Shown here piece after piece: positions 48,201 through 56,990 of a stretch of 64,000 nucleotides of DNA. Positions within the stretch are counted from its first letter, which is position 1, and the number at the start of each line of letters is the position of its first letter. The notes below the pieces were generated by a model, which saw only the letters and a list, made by a program, of their open reading frames with translations, was not told where the DNA came from and made no database searches. This DNA comes from an uncultured bacterium (GTDB lineage Bacteria; Krumholzibacteriota; Krumholzibacteriia; Krumholzibacteriales; Krumholzibacteriaceae). Position numbers and translations under genes: made by a program. The DNA lies in NCBI GenBank assembly GCA_963786935.1, contig CAWBAN010000003.1:64001-128000 (forward strand). The letters are read 5' to 3'.

Positions 48201-51200
48201 GTGGGACACCGAGGATCCCGTCGTGATTCACGTGCGGCACCACAACACGAACGATCTCGATGGTCCCTATCATATCTACGCCGGCGTGACCGATAACATC
48301 GGCGTGGAATCGGTGTACCTCATGTACGCCAAGAACGGCGGGACGGCCCATCGCCTGCGGATGGAGCTCCTGCCCGACGGGCGCTTCCATGGGGCGATCC
48401 CGGGACCGACGGCGGTCGGCGACTATTTCGATTACTGGATATACGCCATGGACGAGGCATACGCGGGGAACGTCACGCGCGTGCCCGCGACCGGCGCGTA
48501 CCGGTTCGAAATCGTCGAATACTTCCTGTGGGATTTCGAGCCTGACGACGGCGGCTTCGCGCAGACGGGCAACATCTGGGAGTGGGGCATGCCGACGACG
48601 GGCCCCAACGCCGCGCATTCGGGCGTGAACGTCTGGGCGACCAAGCTCGCGACGACCTATCCGGCCTCGTCGAACGCGAAGCTCGACGCGCCGGAGATCA
48701 CGATCGCGGCGAGCAAGCCGTACACGATTCTCTCGTTCTGGCACTGGTACGAAACGGAGAGTACGTACGACGGCGGAAACGTGAAGATCTCCGCGGACGG
48801 CGGGGCCACGTGGACGCTCGTCACGCCGATCGGCGGCTACGACGGAACGGCGAGCACGGCGAACGCGGGGATTCCCGGCGAGAAGTGCTTCATCGGAACG
48901 GCGAACATGTTCTGGCAGCAGGAGATGTTCGACCTCTCCGCGTACGTCGGGCAGTCGATCAAGGTCCGCTTCCACTTCGGGAGCGACGGCAGCGTCCAGA
49001 AATCCGGCTGGTACGTCGACGACGTCATGATCCGGAGCACCGACACGGACGACTACCCGCCGACGATCAGCGGAACGACCGTGCCGGGGAGCACCTTCGA
49101 CACGGCCGGCCCGTACGCGATCACGACCCACGTGAACGATATCCTGTCGGGCGTGGGGGTCGTGTCGCTCTTCTACACGACGGATAACGGACTCACCTTC
49201 ACGGAAGTGCCGATGGCGCACGGCGCGGGGGATCTCTACAGCGGAGCGATCCCGGGCCAGCCGAACGGCACGAAGATCAAGTTCTACGTGAAGGCCGTCG
49301 ATTCGTCGGCCGAGGCGAACGAAACCGTCGATCCGGCGCTCGCGCCGGCGATGCTGTATTCGTTCGGCATCATGCCCTCCTCGGACATCCTCGTCGTGGT
49401 GAGCGGCTCGACCTCGGGCACCTCGCTCGCCATGTTCCAGGAAGCTCTGACGACGGCGGGCTATGACGCCGACTACTGGAACCGCACGACCCAGGGCTGG
49501 CTCACGACGGACAAGCTGCTCCTCTACAAGTACATCTTCGTCGATGAGAACAGCGGGCTCACGGCGGCCCAGATGACCGGCCTCACGGACTATCTGGCCG
49601 CGGGAACGCAGGGCGCCAAGAAGCGGCTCGTGCTCATGGGCCGCGATCTCGGCTACAACTCGACCACGCGTCCGTGGCTCGAGCAGTACCTGCGCGCCAA
49701 CTACGTGCAGGACAACCCGAACTACTGGCAGATCACCGGGTATCCGGGCGATCCGATCGGCGCGGGCGAGAGCTTCGTCATCTCCGGGTCGTATCCGGAC
49801 GAATGGCAGCGCTCGACGACCTGGCCGGGCGGCGAGATCGTGTACCAGTACACGGGTACCGGCACCGCGAGGAACCGGAGCGAGCTGCAGGGCGAGTACG
49901 AGAAGGAAGGCAAGGAGTGGGACGGCATCGTCCCGAACACGCCGATCAGCCTCGATGCGGCTGCGGCGATCAAGTACAACGCGACGAACTACCGTTCCGT
50001 CGCCTTCGCCTTCAACCTGTACTACATCCTGCAGGCCGATCGCCGGGCGGCGGTGATGGGTCGGACGATCGCGTGGTTGTCGGCGCCGGATATTCTCCAC
50101 ACGCCGCTCCACGACACCGAGGATACGTCCAATCCGTATCCGATCGTCGCGAGCATCTATTCCGAGACGCTCGATCCGACGCGTCTCTACATGACGTATG
50201 ATAAGGGCTCGGGTCCGGTCGCGGTCCTCATGACGCCGACCGGCACGCCGAACGAGTACCGCGCGTACATCCCGGCGCAGCCGAACGGCACGACGGTGCA
50301 GTACTACCTGAGCGCGGCCAACTTGGACGGCACGACGAGCTATCATCCGTCCGACGCTCCGGCGAACAAACACGTCTTCCGCGTGACGACCGACATCACG
50401 CCGCCCGAGATCGTCCACGTGCCGCTCGGCAATTCGGCCGACGTCACGGGACCGTATCTCGTGAAGGCGACGATCACGGACAACATCGGCGTCAATCCGG
50501 CAGCCGTGTTCCTTTCGTACAACAAGAACGGCGGCGCCAGCTCGACGGTCGCCATGACCGCCATGGGCGGCGACGTCTATCAGGCGTCGATCCCCGGCCC
50601 GGCCGTCGTCGGCGATGTGTTCAACTACTACATCACCGCGCGCGACGTGGCCTCGGTGCCCAACGTCGGACGCAGTCCGGCGGCGGGGTACCACATGTTC
50701 ATGATCGTCGATTACTACGCGTGGGACTTCGAGGCCTCCGGCGGCGACTTCGCGGCGGCCGGCACCGATTGGGAATGGGGCGCGCCGAGCTACGCTTCGG
50801 GACCGCCCGCGGCCCACTCGGGAACGAAGCTGTGGGGAACGAAGCTCGCGGGAACCTACTCGGCGAGCTCGAACTCCCGCCTCGAGACCCCGACGGTCAC
50901 GGTGCCGACCTCGGCCCCGTACGCGACGCTGACCTTCTGGCAGTGGTACGCGAACGAGACCAACTACGACGGCGGCAACGTGAAGATCTCGACGGACGGC
51001 GGAGCGACCTGGACGCTGCTCAACGGGGATGTCGCCTACGACGGGACGTCCAAGTCGAACACGGCAGGCATTCCGCTCGAGTCGATCTACACGGGAACGA
51101 CGACCGGCAACTTCTGGAACAAGGTGACGGTCAACCTCACCGCGTACCGGGGCCAGCCGGTCAAGATCCGGTTCCACTTCGGAGCGGACGGATCGTTCCA

Positions 51201-52644
51201 GTACGCCGGCTGGTACGTCGACGACGTCATGATCGCCGGTGTGCCGGCGGACGCGAATCCGCCGGTCTTCGTATCGACCACGGTGCCGGGCAGCACCTGG
51301 GATACCGTCGGACCGTACGTCGTGAAGACGAAGGTCAGGGACGCGCTCTCGGGTCTCGCCTCGGTGACGATGTACTACAGCGTCGACAACGGCGTGAGCT
51401 GGACGACGGTCGCGATGACGCCGACGGGTGTCGCCGACGAATTCGGCGGCAACATCCCCGGCCAGCCGTCGCGCACGCGGATCAAGGTTTATGTCGCGGC
51501 GAACGACAACGCCGGGAATACGGGCCTCGATCCGGCCGGCGCGCCGGGCGCGACCTACCAGTTCGGCGTCATGCCGTCGGGCGATTACCTCGTGATCCTG
51601 GGCGGCAGCGCGCCCTCGCCCGCCAGCAGCTTCACCGACGCCTTCACGGCGATCGGGAAGACGTGCGACACGTGGAACTGGGACACCCAGGGTGTGCCGA
51701 CGCTCGCGATGCTGAACGCCTACGTGGGCGTCATCGTGGACGAGAGCTCCTACTTCGACACGGCACAGCTGGCGCTGCTCACGAGCTACCTCGATCAGAA
51801 CGACGGCTCGAAGCAGCGGATCGTGTTCTGGGGACGGGATCTGTCCTACGGCTCGGGCGCACCGCGTACCTTCATGGAGAAGTATACGGGCATGGCCTAC
51901 GTGAAGGACGATCCCGGCTCGACGTACCGGTGGCTGTGGAGCACTCCGGGCGATCCGATCGGAAACGGCGAGAGATTCGCGATCACCGGGACCTATCCCG
52001 ATGAGCTGAAGCTCTCGACGCTCTATCCGGGCGCCCAGATCATCTTCAAGTACCACCTGTCGTCGACCACCGCGCTCGACAACGTCGGGAGCGAGGAAGA
52101 GCTCATTGCCTACTACTACAAGGAAGGCAAGGAATACGACGGGGTATGGCCGATGGTTCCCGCCGCGCCCGACTCGGCCGCGGCAGGACGCTACGTCGGC
52201 ACGTACCACGCGTCGGTCTACTTCGCGTTCCAGTTCAGCTACGTCACCGATGCCGCCCGCAGGGCCGCGGTGCTCGACCGTTCGCTGAACTGGCTGACGA
52301 CGGCGACGACGACGCTCGGAGAGACTGTATCGAAGGAAGATACGACTCCGGAGATTCCGGATCGGATCACCCTCGCGCAGAACTATCCGAACCCGTTCAA
52401 CCCCGTCACGACGATCACGGTCGGCGTGCCCGCGAACTTCAGCGGCACCGCCGAGCTCCGGATCTACAACGTGAAGGGAGAGCTCGTCAGAACGCTGCAT
52501 CAGGGCGCCATCAAGCCCGGCGTCCACACGTTCCGTTGGGAAGGCACCAACGACGGTGGGCGCAAGGTGACATCCGGTATCTACTTCTACAGATTCGTCT
52601 GTGGAACTGAACGGATAACCAAGAAGATGGTGCTCCTGCGGTAG
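45277..52644 (+). CDS. Giant secreted S8 (subtilisin) serine peptidase with carboxypeptidase-regulatory-like, Ig-like and beta-sandwich repeats and a FlgD/T9SS-type C-terminal domain
   Basis: Signal peptide, propeptide, catalytic GLDTG, HGTH, GNSG, GTSMAAP; repeated modules; LAQNYPNPFNP...KKMVLLR. Confidence 0.92.
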   Translation: MTHRKALLSCAAALLALLILLPSVQSADPVEGVKAKIAPALGVQMAAAQPGDYVTAIVKLNTVANVKAIRGDRKAVFTELRAVSKRTQDGLVQYLGTAAVKPKVKLVRQFWIDNIVLVQATPDVIREIAARPDVREVFDNYTVTMPPRPGDGGHPVLQQAAPLWDALGKIGAKQVWSTYGINGTGVRVGGLDTGVDITHPDIAGKMITNNPSDPTYPGGWAEFNSTGGIVPGSLPRDTDQHGTHTTGTAIGGSASGYPIGVAPGAHFMHGLVIPGGSGTFAQVAGGMQWIIDPDGNPATNDGAQVVNMSLGGTGTYSEMVAPTDNMVAANVFPSFSIGNSGPNASTTGSPGNVPSAFGVGASDSLDVIAYFSSRGPVTWNYPPYVGTWIKPDISAPGVDIFSSIPGGGYAGDWDGTSMAAPHVTGTVALMLQANPTLTVEQTKLLLQQTAVDRGDPGMDNTYGWGRINAFAAVSAALTGIGTLEGHVYSSAGGLPVQGAKVRLTDTGQQVYTNAAGYYMLKAVAGIHSVQVSRFGFDAVTVTVNIAADVTTTQDFTLTQLPSGTIAGYVTDDETGVGIAASISVKYLGDPVLTISTNPADGYYSVTLPTGTYDLVFNPSFPYPMTTRNGIAVAEGATTTLDVALGRAQILIVDDDAGKEYQTYFETAVAGSGRSYLTVSAPPNAATMALFESVIWLTGNDYTTTLTATDMTEIAAFLDGGGRLFMTGQDIGYDIGTTTFYTNYLHASYVQDDVGLGGVLGVAASAVGNGFTFEIKGGSGANNQAYPSEINPVAPASPAFVYDPAVPAAAATANDVVKNGVSADAITGSGTAGLTFENGTYKLVYFAFGFEAVADATTRTMLMDRVLDWLQGYPKIVHTPLGDTENATNPYRIAAVVTSDYFALDPSTIALVYDAGLGDVTVPMTATGVPDEYEAFIPAQAIGTEIAYYLTASDVEGHVTTHPMGAPAARHIFHVMWDTEDPVVIHVRHHNTNDLDGPYHIYAGVTDNIGVESVYLMYAKNGGTAHRLRMELLPDGRFHGAIPGPTAVGDYFDYWIYAMDEAYAGNVTRVPATGAYRFEIVEYFLWDFEPDDGGFAQTGNIWEWGMPTTGPNAAHSGVNVWATKLATTYPASSNAKLDAPEITIAASKPYTILSFWHWYETESTYDGGNVKISADGGATWTLVTPIGGYDGTASTANAGIPGEKCFIGTANMFWQQEMFDLSAYVGQSIKVRFHFGSDGSVQKSGWYVDDVMIRSTDTDDYPPTISGTTVPGSTFDTAGPYAITTHVNDILSGVGVVSLFYTTDNGLTFTEVPMAHGAGDLYSGAIPGQPNGTKIKFYVKAVDSSAEANETVDPALAPAMLYSFGIMPSSDILVVVSGSTSGTSLAMFQEALTTAGYDADYWNRTTQGWLTTDKLLLYKYIFVDENSGLTAAQMTGLTDYLAAGTQGAKKRLVLMGRDLGYNSTTRPWLEQYLRANYVQDNPNYWQITGYPGDPIGAGESFVISGSYPDEWQRSTTWPGGEIVYQYTGTGTARNRSELQGEYEKEGKEWDGIVPNTPISLDAAAAIKYNATNYRSVAFAFNLYYILQADRRAAVMGRTIAWLSAPDILHTPLHDTEDTSNPYPIVASIYSETLDPTRLYMTYDKGSGPVAVLMTPTGTPNEYRAYIPAQPNGTTVQYYLSAANLDGTTSYHPSDAPANKHVFRVTTDITPPEIVHVPLGNSADVTGPYLVKATITDNIGVNPAAVFLSYNKNGGASSTVAMTAMGGDVYQASIPGPAVVGDVFNYYITARDVASVPNVGRSPAAGYHMFMIVDYYAWDFEASGGDFAAAGTDWEWGAPSYASGPPAAHSGTKLWGTKLAGTYSASSNSRLETPTVTVPTSAPYATLTFWQWYANETNYDGGNVKISTDGGATWTLLNGDVAYDGTSKSNTAGIPLESIYTGTTTGNFWNKVTVNLTAYRGQPVKIRFHFGADGSFQYAGWYVDDVMIAGVPADANPPVFVSTTVPGSTWDTVGPYVVKTKVRDALSGLASVTMYYSVDNGVSWTTVAMTPTGVADEFGGNIPGQPSRTRIKVYVAANDNAGNTGLDPAGAPGATYQFGVMPSGDYLVILGGSAPSPASSFTDAFTAIGKTCDTWNWDTQGVPTLAMLNAYVGVIVDESSYFDTAQLALLTSYLDQNDGSKQRIVFWGRDLSYGSGAPRTFMEKYTGMAYVKDDPGSTYRWLWSTPGDPIGNGERFAITGTYPDELKLSTLYPGAQIIFKYHLSSTTALDNVGSEEELIAYYYKEGKEYDGVWPMVPAAPDSAAAGRYVGTYHASVYFAFQFSYVTDAARRAAVLDRSLNWLTTATTTLGETVSKEDTTPEIPDRITLAQNYPNPFNPVTTITVGVPANFSGTAELRIYNVKGELVRTLHQGAIKPGVHTFRWEGTNDGGRKVTSGIYFYRFVCGTERITKKMVLLR

Positions 52645-52651
52645 CATGTCA

Positions 52652-52685
52652 GGGGGGCTTCCCGCGCGCCGCGCGGGAAGCCCCC
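52652..52685 (+). terminator. Strong GC hairpin after the protease gene
   Basis: GGGGGCTTCCCGCGC-GCC-GCGCGGGAAGCCCCC; no T tail. Confidence 0.55.
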
Positions 52686-52802
52686 AACCGGAGCGGCGGG
52701 AACGATTCCCCATCGCCGCCCTCCCGATCAGCGCCCGGGCGAGTCCCCCCCGATTCTCACGTCATCGATCGCGCAGCAGCGGGTGCACGCCCCGGAAAAG
52801 GC

Positions 52803-52848
52803 TTGACAGCGCGCCGCCCGGGATTCATTATTAGTAATAGTTACTATT
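52803..52848 (+). promoter_or_regulatory. Promoter with Fur/PerR-type palindromic box
   Basis: TTGACA at 52803-52808; ATTAGTAATAGTTACTATT (52830-52848) containing TAGTAA-N3-TTACTA, just upstream of the Fur-family gene. Confidence 0.75.
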
Positions 52849-52870
52849 ATTATTTAATGGAGCGCGGGGC

Positions 52871-53263
52871 ATGCGAAGGACGAAACAGAGGGAAGTGATC
52901 CTCGAGGAGCTCGCGAAGCTCTGCGCGCATCCGAGCGCCGACGAGCTGTACGGCCTCGTGAAGAAGCGGCTCCCCCGGATCAGCCTCGGCACCGTGTACC
53001 GGAATCTCGAGGTGCTCTCGCGCGAGGGTGTCATCGCGAGGATCGACACGGCGGGCTCGCAGATGCGCTTCGACGCGGAGACGGGGGATCATCAGCACAT
53101 CCGCTGCGTCGGCTGCGGGCGCATCGACGACGTGCCGGCCGGCGTCGCGCGGGCGAGGTGCGGCGGGCGCGTCGCGAAGGAGACGGGATACCGGGTGCTC
53201 GGCCGGCGTGTCGAGTATATCGGCGTCTGCCCCGCGTGCGGGAAGAAAACGAGGAGGAATTGA
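52871..53263 (+). CDS. perR: Fur family regulator, probably PerR
   Basis: TKQREVIL, HPSADELY, SLGTVYRNL, RFDA...HQHIRCVGC, CPAC; oxidative-stress gene neighbourhood. Confidence 0.8.
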   Translation: MRRTKQREVILEELAKLCAHPSADELYGLVKKRLPRISLGTVYRNLEVLSREGVIARIDTAGSQMRFDAETGDHQHIRCVGCGRIDDVPAGVARARCGGRVAKETGYRVLGRRVEYIGVCPACGKKTRRN

Positions 53264-53264
53264 C

Positions 53265-54140
53265 GTGCCTGCGCGAGTGAAATCGGCGGCGCTTGGGCGC
53301 GGCGAAACGCGGGAGCGGCCGGGGAGCCTCGACCGGCGGGAGCTCGAGCGCCTGTACCTGAAGTACAACGACCGCCGCTTCATCGCGACGGACCCCGTGG
53401 AGTTCGTGCATCGCTACGAGAGCCCGCGCGACCGGGAGATCGTCGCGCTCGTCGCCTCTTCGCTCGCTTTCGGGAACGTGAAACAGATCAGGGGAAGCGT
53501 CGCCCGCGCGCTCGATATCCTCGGCCCCGCGCCCGCCGACCGCGTGGCGGGATCGTCGCGGTCCGATCTCGAGCGCGAATTTCTCGGATTCAGGCACCGG
53601 TGGATCGCGGGGGCGGATGTGGCGGCGCTCCTCGGCGGCGCGCGGCGCGCGATCGCCGGATACGGTTCGCTCGGGGCCCTTTTCGGCTCGATGCTCGAGC
53701 GGGGGGACGCCGACGTCGCCCCGGCGGCGGGGCGGTTCGCGCGCGCCCTGCGCGGCGCGGGCGGCGGATACCGGCAGTGCCTGCTCCCGTCCCCGGAGTC
53801 GGGGAGCGCCTGCAAGCGATTGAACCTCTTCCTGCGCTGGATGGTCCGGTCGGACGCCGTCGATCCGGGGGGGTGGCGCGAGGTGCCGCCGGCGATGCTT
53901 CTCGTGCCGCTCGACACGCACATGCACCGCTTCGCCCTGCGGCGCGGGCTCACGAGGCGTCGCGCCGCCGATCTCGAGGCGGCGCGCGAGGTGACGGCCG
54001 CATTCAGGAAAGTCGCGCCCGACGATCCGGTGAAGTACGATTTCGCGTTGACCCGTCTCGGCATGCTGCGGGGCGAGGAAGGAGGAGACCGGTGCGGGAA
54101 TTCATCGTTGAGTTCGGCCGATCCGTCTGGTCGACGCTGA
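53265..54140 (+). CDS. TIGR02757/DUF2400 family protein
   Basis: DPVEFVHRY, DREI, SACKRLNLFLRWMVR, PLDTH, DPVKYDFAL; GTG start with GAGGAGG SD. Confidence 0.88.
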   Translation: MPARVKSAALGRGETRERPGSLDRRELERLYLKYNDRRFIATDPVEFVHRYESPRDREIVALVASSLAFGNVKQIRGSVARALDILGPAPADRVAGSSRSDLEREFLGFRHRWIAGADVAALLGGARRAIAGYGSLGALFGSMLERGDADVAPAAGRFARALRGAGGGYRQCLLPSPESGSACKRLNLFLRWMVRSDAVDPGGWREVPPAMLLVPLDTHMHRFALRRGLTRRRAADLEAAREVTAAFRKVAPDDPVKYDFALTRLGMLRGEEGGDRCGNSSLSSADPSGRR

Positions 54141-55369
54141 GCGAAATGTCGCCGTATCTCCTCTTCGGCTTCCTCGTCGCGGGGGTCCTCTCGGTGCTCG
54201 TGAAGCCCGAGACGGTCGAACGCCATCTGGGAGGGCGCGGCGTCTGGCAGGCGTTCAAGGCGGCGATTTTCGGCGTGCCGCTCCCGCTCTGCTCGTGCGG
54301 CGTCATCCCCGTCGCGGCGTCGCTCCGCAGGCACGGCGCGAGCCCGGCCGCGACGACCTCGTTCCTCATCTCGACGCCGCAGACCGGAGTCGACAGCATC
54401 CTCGTCACCTACAGTCTCCTCGGCCCCGTCTTCGCCGTCTTCAGGCCCGTCGTCGCCTTTCTGAGCGGGATCGCCGGCGGCATATTCGTGAACTTCTTCG
54501 GCTACGAAAAGGGCGGCGCGCCCGACGCTCATCCGGCCTGCACGGCGGAATGCTGCGGCGGCGCCGGGAGCCGTCGGGGCGGTCTCGCGCAGGCGCTCAG
54601 GTACGGATTCGTCACGCTCCCGCGCGACATCAACAAGGCGCTCATCGTCGGCATTCTCGTCGCCGGCGCCATATCGGCGGCGGTTCCGGAAGACTTCTTC
54701 GCGGGGGTGCTCGGCGGCGGCATCGTCTCGATGCTCGTCATGATGGCGATCGGCATCCCGATTTACGTGTGCGCGACGGCGTCCGTGCCGATCGCGGCGG
54801 CGCTCATGATGAAGGGCGTCTCCCCGGGGGCCGCGCTCGTGTTCCTCATGACCGGCCCCGCCACTAACGCCGCGACGATCACGACCGTCTGGAAGATTAT
54901 GGGCAAGCGGATCGCGGGCATCTACCTCGGCACGGTCGCGGTCTCGGCGCTCGCGGCGGGCCTCGTCCTCGACGCCGTCACCGGGGGGAGCGCGGCCCAT
55001 TCGATGGCGCACTCCCACTGGATGCTGCCCGGCATCGCGAACACGATCGCGGCGTTCGCGCTGCTCGCGGTCCTCGGGTACGCGTTCTTCAGGCCGGCGA
55101 AGGTCGGCGGCGTCGACGAAACGGCGGGCGCCGGCCGGACGGTCCGCGTCGCGATCGAGGGGATGACGTGCAACCACTGCGCGAACGCGGTCCGGCGCGC
55201 GCTCCTCGAGAGCGCCGGCGTTTCGTCGGTCGAGGTCGATCTCAAGCGGGGCGAGGCGCTCGTCGCCGGGAACGGCCTCGACGAGGCGCAGATCGCGAAG
55301 GCCGTCGAATCGCTCGGCTACCAGGTCACGGGGATCGTCGACGCGGGGCGGTCCGGAACGGTCGAATAG
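54092..55369 (+). CDS. SO_0444-type (DUF318) metal permease with C-terminal HMA domain
   Basis: PLPLCSCGVIP, STPQTGVDS, YVCATASVP, GPATN; C-terminal GMTCNHC. Confidence 0.88.
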   Translation: MREFIVEFGRSVWSTLSEMSPYLLFGFLVAGVLSVLVKPETVERHLGGRGVWQAFKAAIFGVPLPLCSCGVIPVAASLRRHGASPAATTSFLISTPQTGVDSILVTYSLLGPVFAVFRPVVAFLSGIAGGIFVNFFGYEKGGAPDAHPACTAECCGGAGSRRGGLAQALRYGFVTLPRDINKALIVGILVAGAISAAVPEDFFAGVLGGGIVSMLVMMAIGIPIYVCATASVPIAAALMMKGVSPGAALVFLMTGPATNAATITTVWKIMGKRIAGIYLGTVAVSALAAGLVLDAVTGGSAAHSMAHSHWMLPGIANTIAAFALLAVLGYAFFRPAKVGGVDETAGAGRTVRVAIEGMTCNHCANAVRRALLESAGVSSVEVDLKRGEALVAGNGLDEAQIAKAVESLGYQVTGIVDAGRSGTVE

Positions 55370-55427
55370 AATGGAGAGGAATCGGCTCTGCCGAGGAGGA
55401 AGCACGTAGGCACGGAAGGAGCGAACG

Positions 55428-56000
55428 ATGTCGCTGAAGGGAACGAAGACCGAGAAGAACATCCTCACGGCGTTCTGCGGGGAGTCGCAGGCGCGCAACC
55501 GGTACACCTACTTCGCGAGCCAGGCGAAGAAGGAGGGATTCGAGCAGATCACGGCCATCTTCGAGGAGACGGCGAATCAGGAGCGGGAGCACGCCAAGCG
55601 CCTCTTCAAGCTCCTCGAGGGGGGAGAGGTCGAGATCCAGGCGAAGTTCCCCGCCGGCGTCATCGGCGCGACGGCGGAGAATCTCGGCGAGGCGGCGGGG
55701 GGAGAGCATTACGAATGGACCGAGATGTATCCCGGGTTCGCGAAGATCGCCCGGGCGGAAGGCTTCGGCGACATCGCGGCGATTTTCGAGTCGATCGCGG
55801 TCGCCGAGAGGCAGCACGAGAAGCGCTACCTCGCCCTCAAGGAGAACATCGAGAAGGGGAAGGTCTTCAAACGGGAAAAGAAGGTCGTGTGGCGCTGCCG
55901 CAACTGCGGCTATCTCCACGAAGGGACGGAAGCCCCCGAGATGTGCCCGGCGTGCGCGCACCCGAAGGCGCACTTCGAGCTGCTCGGGGAGAACTATTGA
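55428..56000 (+). CDS. rbr: Rubrerythrin
   Basis: GESQARNRY, EREHA, EHYE, ERQHE; rubredoxin-like CRNCG...CPAC. Confidence 0.95.
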   Translation: MSLKGTKTEKNILTAFCGESQARNRYTYFASQAKKEGFEQITAIFEETANQEREHAKRLFKLLEGGEVEIQAKFPAGVIGATAENLGEAAGGEHYEWTEMYPGFAKIARAEGFGDIAAIFESIAVAERQHEKRYLALKENIEKGKVFKREKKVVWRCRNCGYLHEGTEAPEMCPACAHPKAHFELLGENY

Positions 56001-56078
56001 TCGGGGCGTTTCCGCGGAGTATAATGGCCCGCGAAAGCGGTCCGCGTTTCGGGGAATCAGGAAAGGGGGCAGATTGCA

Positions 56079-56456
56079 ATGGCGAAGAGGCTTGAAATCT
56101 ACAAGTGCGAGAAGTGCGGCAACATCGTCGAGGTGCTCCACGAGGGGGGCGGCGAGCTCGTGTGCTGCGGGGGGCCGATGAAGCTCCTCACGGAGAACAC
56201 GACGGACGCGGCGAAGGAGAAACACGTTCCCGTCATCGAGAAGGTCGCCGGCGGCTACCGGGTGAAGGTGGGATCGGTGGCGCACCCGATGGAAGAGAAG
56301 CATTACATCGAATGGATCCAGCTCGTCGCCGACGGCGAGTCGTACCGGAAGTTCCTCAAGCCGGGCGAGGCGCCCGAGGCGGTCTTCAATATCGCGGCGA
56401 AGAGCGTTTGGGCCCGCGAGTACTGCAACCTGCACAGCCTTTGGAAAGGAATGTGA
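56079..56456 (+). CDS. dfx: Desulfoferrodoxin (superoxide reductase)
   Basis: YKCEKCGN...CCG, EKHVP, HPM..KHYIEWI, YCNLH. Confidence 0.95.
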   Translation: MAKRLEIYKCEKCGNIVEVLHEGGGELVCCGGPMKLLTENTTDAAKEKHVPVIEKVAGGYRVKVGSVAHPMEEKHYIEWIQLVADGESYRKFLKPGEAPEAVFNIAAKSVWAREYCNLHSLWKGM

Positions 56457-56462
56457 TCGCGA

Positions 56463-56960
56463 ATGATCGGCACAAAGATCCACGCCGCGTTCAACGAACA
56501 GATCAACCACGAGATATACTCCGGGTATCTCTACCTCTCGATGTCCGCGTACTTCATTTCGCTGGGGCTCGACGGATTCGCGCACTGGATGCGCGTCCAG
56601 CGGATGGAGGAAGAGGCGCACGCGATGAAGTTCTTCGAGCACCTGCGCGATCGCGACGCCCGGATCGAGCTCGGCGCGATCGACAAGCCGAAGCTGAAAT
56701 GGACCTCGCCGCTCGACGCGTTCAAGGCGGCTTACGAGCACGAGAAGTTCATCACGAGCAAGATCAACGGGCTCTACAAGCTCGCCGAGAAGGAATCGGA
56801 CTATCCGGCGAAGGTGCTCCTCGACTGGTTCGTGAAGGAGCAGGTGGAGGAGGAGGCGTCGACCTCGAAGATCGTCCAGCTCCTCGGACGGATCAAGGAT
56901 TCGGGTTCGGGTCTCGTCATGCTCGACAAGCAGCTCGGGAAGCGCGAATTTCACGGCTAG
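56463..56960 (+). CDS. ftnA: Non-heme ferritin
   Basis: NEQINHE...YLSMSAY, EEEAHA, HEKFIT, WFVKEQVEEE. Confidence 0.93.
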   Translation: MIGTKIHAAFNEQINHEIYSGYLYLSMSAYFISLGLDGFAHWMRVQRMEEEAHAMKFFEHLRDRDARIELGAIDKPKLKWTSPLDAFKAAYEHEKFITSKINGLYKLAEKESDYPAKVLLDWFVKEQVEEEASTSKIVQLLGRIKDSGSGLVMLDKQLGKREFHG

Positions 56961-56990
56961 GACGCGCCCGCGTCGCGCGGCGGAGGGACG

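Noticed and set aside
45526..52713. 2395-aa antisense ORF opposite the S8 protease
   Set aside because: Arg/Val/Gly-rich with no motifs and coextensive with a real gene; a shadow ORF expected from high GC3 codon bias
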